Origin: Paramoeba atlantica
Lineage: Eukaryota > Protista > Discosea
Assembly (NCBI GenBank): GCA_977017575.1
Contig: CDRNVI010000142.1
Span: 1 to 64,000 of the forward strand
Reading direction: 5' to 3'
DNA length: 64,000 bases
Below, piece by piece: positions 24,937-36,700 of this stretch; the first letter of the stretch is position 1, and every line of letters begins with the position of its first letter. The position numbers and the translations under genes are program-made. The notes beneath the pieces are model-generated. The model was not told where the DNA came from. It ran no database searches and was given only the letters and a program-made list of their open reading frames with translations.

Positions 24937-26299
24937 AGTAACCCTTTCCTTCTTTCAACTTCAACTACTTTCAAGGATGTGATAAATCTTTTTTGGCAAC
25001 ATGTCTTTCTCTTTCAAATAATTTGACTCAAAGCAAAAACTACAAAAATAAATTCTCTTCACATTATTGGCAAACTTCAAGGAGAAATAGGGACTCCTGC
25101 ACCACGGGGCGGTTCTGTAATATTTGCAAAAAGCAAAAACTTTGGAAAAGTGAAAAAGAAATTCGAAGCGGAACAACACATATTTTACCCATATAAGGAA
25201 ATTCTGAATGGGCTTTATTTTTCTTTCTTTTCCTTTATTTTCTGAAGGAGAAAAGAAAAGAGAAAAGAGAAAGAAAGAGGAAGAAGGAAAGTGAGAGAAG
25301 AGAGAAGGGGTGAGGCAAGAGGAAAAGGGGGAAGAAAAAGGAAGGGAAGAGAAGAAAGAAAAGAAGAGGAAAGAGAAAGACGAAGAAAAAATAGAGAAAA
25401 TGCCAGTCGGGGAAAAGGGAGTTGGATTGTTCAGTGGGAATGGATGTGTGAGAATGGCTCCAAAATGAATGGACAAAACAAGAACTGATAGAATCGTAAC
25501 AGGGAGGAAAGAAATAAAAGTTAAATCTTTAAAGAAAGAGAGAAAAAGAAAAGTTGAAGAAAGAGGAGGGTGGTCAGGATTTCTTTGGGTTCTTTTGTAA
25601 ACAAAAATGATGAGGGAATAAGTTGGTGGTTTGTTGTTGTTTGTTGTGATTTTTTGAAGTGAAAACTTTGTTGTTGTGGTTCATGTGGTTCAACATAAAT
25701 AAAAGAAGGAGAAGGATTTTGTTTCTTCTTTCTCTTTTGTGGTGATGAAGATGAAGAGATGGCTGAAAAACGTGATGATGATTGTGAGCGTAGCGGTGAT
25801 GGTGGTGGCCCTCTCAGATTTGAATCTCCCGAATTCAGAAACAAACTTCCAGCGGTGAGACAACAACACTGACAACCAAAATTGCGAGCAAAACGAAATA
25901 AAAAAAAAGTCTCTAATTTCTTCTACATCCAAGAAGAGAGTCCCTTCTTCTTCTTCTGCCACCGCAACACCAACACCAACCAAACTTTATTTCTTTTTTA
26001 TTCAACGAAACCCCTAAACCCTTCGAAAAATAATAAAAAAAAAGATTTCAACACAAAAAGAGATTCCGAAGTGTTCATGTTTCAAACACTTGGTGTTTGC
26101 AGTTCAACAGACTACCCACACACATAGTTTTACCGCTGCTTTTTGATTTCATTGAATTGCTCAAAGAAAAAAGATATGCAAAGCAAATCCAAATATCACT
26201 TTAACCTCAAAGAGTTAATTTTCTTTTTGGTTTTTAGTTTTTCAATGCATCGAGGTTTCACCATGTTTCGTCGACAAATCCTCACAATATTCCTCTCTT

Positions 26300-29200
26300 G
26301 GCAATGACAAAAGACTTTGAATTGTTGATTAAATCACGAATAATCTCGGTGAACTGGAGAAAGAGAAAAGAGAAAAGGTTAGTATTAAAAGGAAGGAGAG
26401 GGAAAGGAAGGAGGGAAAGGAAGGAGGGAAAGGAAGGAGGGAAAGGAAGGAGGGAAAGGAAGGAGGGAAAGGGGAGGGATTAGGGGAGGGATTAGGGGAG
26501 GAGAATAAAAGAAAACAAAACTCTGAAAACAAACTATTTCATATAACAGTTATGCAATGATTGTGGTGGTGATTAATGTGGCAATCCCAACTTCAAACCC
26601 AAAGAGAGACCAAAAAAAAAAAGACAGCGAGAAAGGTATCCTATCAGTGGGTCCCTTCTCAAACGGAGGACTGGAGAAAGAGAGAAAAAGAAAGAAAGGG
26701 GTTTAGTTGAATGGAGGGAGAAAAGGGAGGAGGGGTGAACACAAAGAAGGGGAGGGAGAATAAAAGAAAACAAATATCAAAAACAAACACTAAAACCAAT
26801 GTGATTCGCAATAACAATGTGACGATGGTGTGGAGGCAGTGATAAAAGGTTTCAAATTGTTGATTAAATATGTTACCGATAATCTCAGCGAACTGGAGAA
26901 AGAGAAAAAAGAAAGGATTTTTTAGTTAAAAGGAGAGAGGGGAGAAAAGGAGACAAGGGAGGGGGGGGGGGAACACAAAGAAGGGGAGAATAAAAGAAAA
27001 CAAGTATGTGAAAAACAAACACAAAACTGATGATTCACAACAACAATGCGATGATGGTGGCAGTAGTAATCCATGGCATATTTGTAAAGCACTCTATTGA
27101 TTTAACAAACAATCTCTCGATATTGATAAATCGATGTCCATTCACCTTGCAATCCGACACACAATCACTTTTGCGCAACAACATTCCAAGAGCTCTCTGC
27201 AACACAGTTGCTTGATCGTCACTCTAATGTTGTTGTCATTTTGATTATCGCATTGCGAAGAATCTTTTCTTCTGATACAAACCCTATATGCAAAAGTTTC
27301 AGAAGCTACTCTCTTTCCTTTAAAGAAATCACCACCACCTGAACCTTCTTCCTTTGCTCCCCTCACCCTTCCCTCTCTTTTCTTCTAAAAAGACCAAAAA
27401 AAAAAAAAAGAACCTCTTTGTGTGAAGAAGAAATCAGCAACAAACACACTCAATATTCCCTCTCTCCTCCTTTGTTGGTGTTGGTTATTGAGTTGTTCTC
27501 ATTGTTGTCTCACGTTTTATCGTGTCCTCTTTTTTTGTTGGAAAGAGAGAAAAAGAAGGAATTCCCAATTAAATAATCTTTTTCCTCTAGGCCAAATACG
27601 CAAGTTTGCAAATCTCCGAAGGATTAGTGGCAAATAAAAATTATCTCAATAAATTAATACCAAAAATAATTTTCTCATTACCAAGAATTTTCTTGATTTG
27701 CTACCAGACCCAAAGTACTGAAATTATTCAACAGAAAACACCCAATCTTTTGGTCGATTGAATGACTGAACTTTTTTCAGGAAACTGAAAAGAGAAAGAA
27801 AAGAAAAAAGAAAGGATTAGTAATGTGTGTTACTATGGAGGAGGGAAATACAAAGAAGGAAGAGAATAAAAGAAAACAAACAAAAAAAAGAAAACAAACA
27901 CAAAACCCACCATGATTCACAACAACAACGATAATTGGTAAAGGTGAAAAAATTATCACTTCAAACCTTATCAATTAAAACCCAACAAACACACACACAG
28001 GCGAGAGAGAGAGAACTCTGGAGAAAGAGAAAAGAGAAAAGATTAATGTTAAAAGGAAGGAAGGGGAGGAGGGAAAGGGGAGGGATAAAATGAATGTGGC
28101 AATCTTTATAATACATGCACACATCATTGATATTTGACAAACAACCTCTCAATAATCGATAAGGGTTTAGGGTGTCCATTCACCTTGCAATCCAACACAC
28201 ACAAACACTTTCGTGCACAACACTCTCAACACTCTCCAAGAGTGTGCTTTGAGAGAGCAAAACATAGCCAGGACCAAAAAATGGAGCCCACACCAGCAAG
28301 TTAGAGAAAGGCACTGGTTTGTCAAAGTAAAATCATGCACAGTTAATCCCAACTACTTCCAAGGAGAAAACTCACGGGGGTTCCAGAGTTCCATCGAAAA
28401 ATCCCAACTTCAAACCCAAAGAGAGACAACCAAAAAAAAAAACAGCGAAAAGGGTGTCCCCCTGGTATGTCCCTTCTGAGAAAAACAGAAACTGACTGGA
28501 GAAAGAAAGGGGTTTCATTGAATGGAGGGGGAAATATGAGGGAAAAACACAAAGAAAAAGAATCAAAGAAAACATATATGACCAAAAACAAACACTAAAA
28601 CCCAATGAGATTCACAACAACAACAACATGATGGTGGAAGTGGGGTGATAGAGCACAGAGCAGGGCATCCTCCAACAAACTCAACAATCAGACATTAACA
28701 AAAACAAACTCTCGGTTTAAGTTCTCCTTTTATATTAAGAATTCTATGAATTTCCAACAAACATCTTAACAACAAAGGAACAATACAACAGCAATTTGTG
28801 ATGAAACACAAATAAAGACCATCCAAAATGCTCCCTAAACCCTTTTGGGAAAACCGGAAGGAAACACACAAAACAACACATCAAATCAGGAAGCATCTTT
28901 GTGAGTTGCAACACACACACACACTTTGATATTTTTAACAAACAATCTCTCAATATATTGATAAAGGGTTTAGGGTGTCCATTCACCTTACGATTGGTGG
29001 GGGGAGGGGATGTGGCAGGAAGGAACTAAAAGGGAAAGAGAAAAGGAAAAGATTAGTGTTCAAAGGAATGAGGGAGGGAGAGAGGGGGGAAAAGAGGAAG
29101 AGAATAAAAGAAAACAAACATAACAGTTATGCAACGATGGTGGTGGAGATCAATGGCAATCTTTGTGACATATTTGATAAACAATCTCTCGATATATTGA

Positions 29201-31600
29201 TAATATTGGTGTCCATTCACTTTGCAATCCAACACACAAACCCTTATCAATTAAAACACCTCACAAACCTGATGAGAACTGAAAGAGAAAAGAGAAAAGA
29301 GAAAAAAGAAAAGAGAAAGGATTTCGTTCAGTTCAATGTAAGGGGGAACAGGGAAGAAATACAAAGCAAAACAAAAACAAAACAAAAACAAAAATAAAAC
29401 CAATGAATTTTACAACAATATATTATTATAGAAGTGGTGGATCAATCAAAACAAAAAAAAACAGAGAACTGCCAGTTCAAAAAACAAAAAAAGAGAGAGA
29501 GAAAACCAGATGATTGTTTGGGGCTTTTGAAAAATTATTGTCGAATATTTTAGGAACAACACACGTCGTGAAACAGCAGCACACTTCCGGAACACAAGAA
29601 GTCAAGAAATTATCCAACAATAACAATGACATCTCTCTTTTTTTTAAAAAAACATAATCAGGAAAAAAGAGAGAAAAGAGAGGGAAAAGAGAGGGAAAAG
29701 AGAGGGAAAAGAGAGGGAAAAGAGGAAAGAAAAAGAAAACCAGAAAAGGAGAGTGAACACACAACAAAGCCTTTGAAGAAGAGAAACATGATTCTTTTTT
29801 TTAACAAATATATTTACTTGCTGATTACAAAACTCATCTCCCTTCAAAAAAAAAAATCAGTTTGGAACAACAATTAAAAGAAAAGAAAAAGAAAGAGAAA
29901 GAGAAAAAAGAAGAAAAGAAAGAAAAGAAAAGAAAACCAAAAAAAACATTGTAAAAACTGTTCAAACTAAGGAAACAAAATTTTAGAATCTTATTTGGTG
30001 AGAAGAAAGAGAACAAAAAGGACATCAAGAGGAGGGGGTAGGAGAAAACAAAAAGAAAACAGAAACAAAAAAGAAATGATCTATCAATCGTCAAACGAAT
30101 GGAGAGAAAAGACAGTCAAACCAAAAAAAATCAAAACAACCACCTTTTATCATGAAAAGGAGGGGGGAACACAAAAGGAGGAGAATAAAAGAAAACAAAA
30201 AGAAAAGAAAACAAACACCAAACACCATGATTCGCAATAATAATAATTGGTAACGGCGAGATATTATCGCTTCAAACCTTATCAATTAAAACCCCAACAA
30301 ACACCCACAAAGAGAAAGAGAGAACTCTGGAGAAAGAAAAAAGAGAAAAGATTAGTGTTAAAAGGAATGAGGGGGAGAGAGGGAGGAAAAAGAGGAAGAG
30401 AATAAAAGAAAACAAACCCTTCATATAACAATGCAACAATGATGGTGGATCAATGGTTTCTTTGTGACACACACTACTGATATTTGACAAACAATCTCTC
30501 TTAATATTGATGCAATTCAACACACAAACACTTTTGCACACAACAACAACACTCCCCAAGAGCTCTTTGCAACACAACAGCAAAGTGTATTGCTTGATCA
30601 TCACCTAAAACCCTTTCAATCAAGACCCACATCTTGAATGTGGGAATAGCAGCAGCAGTAATAAGTGGTTTTAAAATCCTTATCAATTAAAACACCTCAC
30701 AAACCCTGATGAGAACTGAAAGAGAAAAGAGAAAAGAGAAAAGAGAAAAGAGAAAAGAGAAAAGAGAAAAGAGAAAAGAGAAAGGATTTCGTTCAGTTCG
30801 ACGGAAGAAATACAAAACAAAACAAAAACAAAACAAAAACAAAAATAAAACCAATGAATTTTATAATAATATATTATCGAGGTGGTGGATCAATCAAAAC
30901 AAAAAAAAAACAGAGAACTGCTAGTTCAAAAAACAGAAAAAAAGAGAAGAAAGAGAAAGAAAACCAGATGATTGTTTGGGGTTTTTGAAAAATTATTGTT
31001 GAATATTCGGAACAACACACGTCGTGAAACAGCAGCACACTTGCGTAACACAAGAAGTCAAAAAATCATCCATCAACAATGATGACATTCTCTCTTTTAA
31101 AAAAAACATAATCAGGAAAAAAGAGAGAAGGAGAGAGGAAAGATAAAAGAAAACCAGAAAAGGAGAGCGAACACACACAACAAAGCCATTGAAGAAAAGA
31201 AATACGATTCTTTTTTTTTAACAAATATATTTATTTCCTGATTACAAAACTCATTCTCCCTTTGAAAAAAAATCAGTTTGGAACGACCAATTAAAAGAAA
31301 AGAAAAAAGAAAAGAGAAAAAAGAAGAAATGAAAGAAAAGAAAAGAACGGAAAAAAATTTGGTAAAAACTGTTCGAACCAAGGAAACAAAATTTCAGAAT
31401 CTTATTTGGTGAGGAAAAAGAGAACAAAAAGTGCACCAAGAGGAGGGGGCAGGAGGAAACAAAAAGAAAACAGAAACAAAAAAGAAATGATCCATTGTCG
31501 ATCAAACGAACGGAGAGAAAAGAGAGAGAAAAGACGGTCAAACCAAAAAAAACAAAATGACCATCTTTTCACGCGAAAAAGCAATTCATCATCTATTTTT
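26300..31600. repeat. Second subtelomeric mosaic of shuffled, diverged modules
   Basis: About 29243-30295 matches 30678-31560; the module ...GATATTTGACAAACAATCTCTC...CCATTCAC recurs near 27.1, 28.1, 28.9, 29.2 and 30.5 kb. Confidence 0.85.
26400..26492. repeat. 13-bp GGGAAAGGAAGGA tandem plus G-run cluster
   Basis: Five tandem units followed by GGGGAGGGATAGGGGAGGGGATTAGGGG. Confidence 0.85.
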
Positions 31601-31801
31601 AGCACTCTAAAATATATGTCAGCCTTTTTACTACCTTTTGGCTTTGGAGTAGATGAATTTTTATATTTTATTTTTTATGTTTTTTTCAATAAAACGAAAA
31701 TAACAAAAATACTCATAAGAAAATCTGATTCGATATTTTGCCGCCCAAAAATCTTTTATTTTTTGTATTTTTTTTTGTTTTTCGCCTTGAAAAACATGCT
31801 G

Positions 31802-33210
31802 TTGCTTGTTCGGGGGGGATGGAGGGAGTCGCGGTCAGGGGGGCAAAGGGAAAAGACTTTTTTTGCTTCTTTCAAACAACTCTTTTTTTGTTTTCTTTGT
31901 GTGTGTAAAAAAAAGAGAAAAAGAGTTGATCTTGATGAGGTGAGAGATCGCTTCAAAGACCACACGCAGAGAGAGGAAGGAAGAATTGTGGTGTGGATTG
32001 CTCAGAACTCAGAACATTATCCCTCCCCTATGTGATCAGGTTTTCTTCTTTGTTTCCTCTCAGTGTTTTTTTTTTTTTTGTCCTTTCTCTCCTCTTTTCC
32101 CCCCTTTTTTTTTTGGTTTTTGATCTCTTTTCCTTTTGTTTGTGTGTCTTTTGTTTGTGTGTGTCTTTTGTTTGTGTGTCTTTTGTTCGCCACCCTAAAC
32201 CCTTGTTTTTCACACTTGTTTTTGTCATGTTTATTTTTCCTTTCTTGGGTATCATGATGGATGAGGCTTGAGATGCGGTTCTCTTCATCCTTTTGTTTGT
32301 CTTGTCTTTTTTATTTGTTCTTCTTTCTTTGTTCTTTTGTTTGTTCTTTTCTTTATTGTCTTTTTGTGTCCTCTTTGCTCTTCCTTTTCCCCCTTTTCCC
32401 CCTTCCCTTTCACTCTCCCTTCCCTAAACCCTTTTCTGTTGCGAACCCCTACCTTGTTCTGTTGTCTTCTATTCATTTTGAAGTCTTTCTCACTGCTCTT
32501 TCCTGTCGAATCTCCCCCGTCGATTCTCCCCTCTTCTGTTTTTCTACTGTCTCCTTTCTTACCTTTTCCTCAAAAATTTGTTTTCTCACTTTGATTGTTC
32601 TTTCTTATTTGGAGTGTTTTCCTCTTTTGTGTTTTTCCCTCTCTTTTGTCTTTCGTTGGTGCTTTGTGCTCCTTCAACCCTGCCTGCTGTGTTTTGATTC
32701 ATTTTTGTTTTTTGTCACATTTGATTTTTTTCTGTGTTTTCTCTCTTTGAATATTTTCTCTTTTGTTCAAAACCCTATTCTTTTTTTTGTTGTTGTTGTT
32801 CCTTTTATTTGATATAAACCACACCTTCTGCTTTTTCGATTTGATCTTTGGATTGACTTTCGTTTATTGTTTTGTTGTTTTTCTGTGGAGATCTCATCAA
32901 TCCTGACATTTTCCCTTTCCCCTCCCCCCCAAATCTTCGCTTCCCCCTCTTTTCCTTTTCTCTTTTGTTGATATCTCCCCATTTTTACTTTAATAACCTT
33001 ATTCTCTTTCTTCTCTCTTTCTAAACCTTTTTTTCTTTCAATAGAGTGTAGTTGTGGGGCAGAGGAAGTTTTTCTCCTAATTTGTCGTCATTGCAATCTT
33101 TTTCTCTTTCTTTTTTTTCAATCTCTTTTTTGCAAGTACTTTTTTCTTTTTTTTTTCATTTTCTCTTTCTCTTTCTCTCTTTTAAAGAAATAAAATAAAA
33201 TAATCAATTA
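31802..33210. repeat. About 1.4-kb tandem duplication unit, copy A (empty LINE site at 32175-32202)
   Basis: Matches copy B, 33211-33595 plus 40206-41240. The sequence TGTGTCTTTTGTTCGC-CACCCTAAACCC is uninterrupted here. Confidence 0.92.
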
Positions 33211-33759
33211 TTGCTTGTTTGGGGGAGGGTGATGGAGGGAGTCAAAGTTAGGGGGGCAGCAAGGGGAAGAGACTTTTTTTTGCTTCTTTCATCAAACAAC
33301 TCTTTTTTTGTTTTCTTTGTGTGTGTAAAAAAAAGAGAAAAAGAGTTGATCTTGATGAGGTGAGAGATCGCTTCAAAAACCACACGCGGAGAGAGAAGAA
33401 GGAAGAATTGTGGTGTGGATTGCTCAGAACATTATCCCTCCCCTATGTGATCAGGTTTTTCTTCTTTGTTTCCTCTCAGTGTTTTTTTTTTGTTTTGGTC
33501 CTTTCTCTCCTCTTCTCCCCCCTTTTCTTTTTTTTGGGTTTTTGATTTCTTTTCCTTTTGTTTGTGTGTCTTTTGTTTGTGTGTCTTTTGTTCGCTTTTT
33601 TTTTTAAGGTTCAGACACCAGGTGCCATTTATTAGAGTTAAAAACCATCTCTAGGATGGAAAAGAGGGGGGAAGAAAGGGGGGGGGGAGGGAAGATAAAT
33701 TAAGAGTTAGATCCAAAGATCTCTTCAGCATGGGATGCATTGGAGTTTCTTTACCAACT

Positions 33760-36700
33760 TTAGTTCTCACTAAGGGGTCTGCGTTTGATTGTTCGCCTTC
33801 TAAAACCAGGGAGTGAATTCGGTTTGGAGGTTTCTATGAAGTTAATTACATTCCTTCGAAAATCTTCCTCGATAAAGCTCCTCACCAGATTGCTCTCTTG
33901 GGACTGATGGAACCATCCTTGGATATCTTTAGTAATTATTACAGGGAGAATTAGAGCATTCTCAAGAGCAGTTTGGGTCGGAAACAAAACATGGGGGGTT
34001 GTCACCGTGTTTCCTTGGAATTTCCTTACAAAATTCCCTGGGGGGATGGGGAAAGTCCAGTCACGGGTGAGGGGGGAATTGATCCAGTTCCACAGGGTTG
34101 AATTCAAAATAATCCACTCTTCACTGGTTTCTGCAACATGTTGTGATCTTGGATCCCAATGATGATCATTCACAGCACATGTTCCATCCTCTTTAGACCA
34201 ACTTGCAGCAGTTGCAATTGCATCAGCTCGCTTGTTAAGTTCTCGGGGTACATGGATGAATTCTATCTCGTCAAAGCACATTGCTAACTTACGGATTTCA
34301 CAAAGTAGTTCATTCAAGGCATAGTTTTTGATGGCATGGGTTTTGGGTGCAGCCTTGGTGAGAATCATACAATCCCCGACAACTTCAATCTCATTTGTCA
34401 TTGATCTGGCACATTGCATTCCTTTCAAACAGCCTGTAAATTCACCAATATTGTTGGACCCAAGAGGGATGGTTTCAAACCCACCACAAATCTCTTTCCC
34501 TTCCCTGAAAACTGCAAAGCCTGCACCCCCCAGATGAGGATCTGTACGGTCTGAACCGTCATAAAACACTTGAAAGCCTTTAAATTTAAAACTTTCCTTC
34601 TCTTTGGTTCCTTTCTTTGTTTGGGTTCTTGGGGGCCGAGGGAGGATTTTGTTCTTTCTCAAGATTTTTTCGAAAATTTCAGTAGCATACTGGGGTGATT
34701 TCGATCCTTCCGCACACACTGTGAGCCACAAACTCAACAGGGCAACACTCACCACAGAGGTTTCTTGTCTGGTGAGAAAATTTGAGACAAGGCCACACAC
34801 ATTCTTAGTTTCTTGCCAGCTGGGTACATTCAACAAAATACATTTCCTTCCCATTGCTTGGAGGAGGCCCTCAGCCACAGAACATTCCTCCAGAAGATGA
34901 GATCGTGACTCCTTTTCACGGTGGCAGAGTCGGCAACTTGAGTTTTGGTTTGTGAAGTGAGCCAACTTGTCTCTTGTAGGCAGCCCTCTTATTAGGAACT
35001 TAATCAAATTCCTCTTAAGTTGGGGCCTAATTGCATGTGCCAAGTTGTACACCACACACTCAGCTCTTCCTTCACCCACATACAGATCTTTGATTTCAAT
35101 GGGAATCACTCGAGACATATTGGAATAAGCAACTCGAGTGGCCTGGCCAAACACAACTTTGGTAGAGAGGCTTTGGGCTGCAAAAAGGGCATCCTTTCGC
35201 ATGGCTCCAATGGAAAGAGGACTCTGATAATCGCTCCTCATTGGTGGACGAGAAGTGAGGAGGGCCCAGTTAAAAACAATTGGATGGCGCAGTTGGGGGT
35301 TTGAGTCCAAGGGAGGATAGCATGAGGTAAGAATGGAGGTTTTTGTGTTGGCATAGGCACCCAGAGCTGAGCGGATGGACTTCCACATCAAGGAGGCGAC
35401 AGATTTTGGAATCAGTTTGAATCTCGCTAAATATCCCATGCATGGAGTTAGATAGGTATTGACCATCCTTACTCTCGAGCGAAAATTGCCACCCCTTTTT
35501 TTGATTGCTGCTCCAACTTTCTTCATCTTTAGGATCACTTTCTCCCAATCCTTAAGAGGAGATAACCGTTTACTCAACCTCACTCCCAGGTATACAGTTT
35601 CATCACCACAGTAATTGGATCTTGCCATCTCAGCCCAGGGGCCTACAGGTTTGAAAGACTCAGTTGAGAGGACAAAGCACTTATTAAAATTCAGTTTAGC
35701 TCCAGTCGCTTCTTCATATTTCTTGAAGGTTGGAGTGAGAGAATTGATGGTTTCAGCTTTCTGAATCACCATCCCCAAGTCATCCATAAAGCCTGATAGG
35801 TCTTGGGGGTTGTATTCCTTCTTCAAGCTCACCAGGAGGATGTCAAACACGATTACAAACAGGAGGGGGGAGATCGGGCATCCTTGTCTAACACCAGTTC
35901 GACTTTGGATTGAATCATTGTTGCCTCCCCTCTTGGATCCACCAATATTCGGCAGCCAGGTTACAGATTCTCGAAGCACCTTCTCAACAACATAGATCGC
36001 TTGAGGGGGGGCATTCAAACCTTTGAGAATATGAAGAAGTGCATCACGATTCACATAATCATATGCCTTGCAAAAGTCTGTTTGGAGGAGGGTCACGTCT
36101 TTCCCTTCTGCCAGAGCTTCATAGAAAGAGTCATACACTGATTCCACTGCTTCGTCAATTGACCTCCCCTTAAACATCGCATGCTGTTCTTTAGAAATTA
36201 CTCCACTTGCAATCTCCATCAGCCATTTTGCCCAATATCTCATCACAATCCGATAATCTGAATTGGTAACACTGATTGGTCGAAATTGGTCAGGGCGGGG
36301 GATATTCTCGACTTTGGGAATCAAACAGAGTTGGCTCTCACCAAAAGAGGGGGGGAACTCCATAATCTCACCCGCTTGTTGAATTAATTCCACCCACATG
36401 TCAAAATACTTTTCTTGTGTCGCCTTATATAAAGAGAAAGGGATACCATCGGGTCCTGCGCTGGTGTTATTGGTTCTCTGAAGAAGTTTATCAACTTTCT
36501 TCCTGTCAACATCATGTCTCTCAACTGGGGGAAAGCGAGGATGATGGTCAGCAATCAGTTCGTCGAGAGAATCCTTGTTATATGGTCTTTCTGTACTGAG
36601 AAGGCTCTCCCAAAAGTCCTTAATTGCTTTTTTAACCACATTATCATCACGAGAGATCACTCCATCTACAATTACACCTTTAACACGGGGAGAAGATTTA

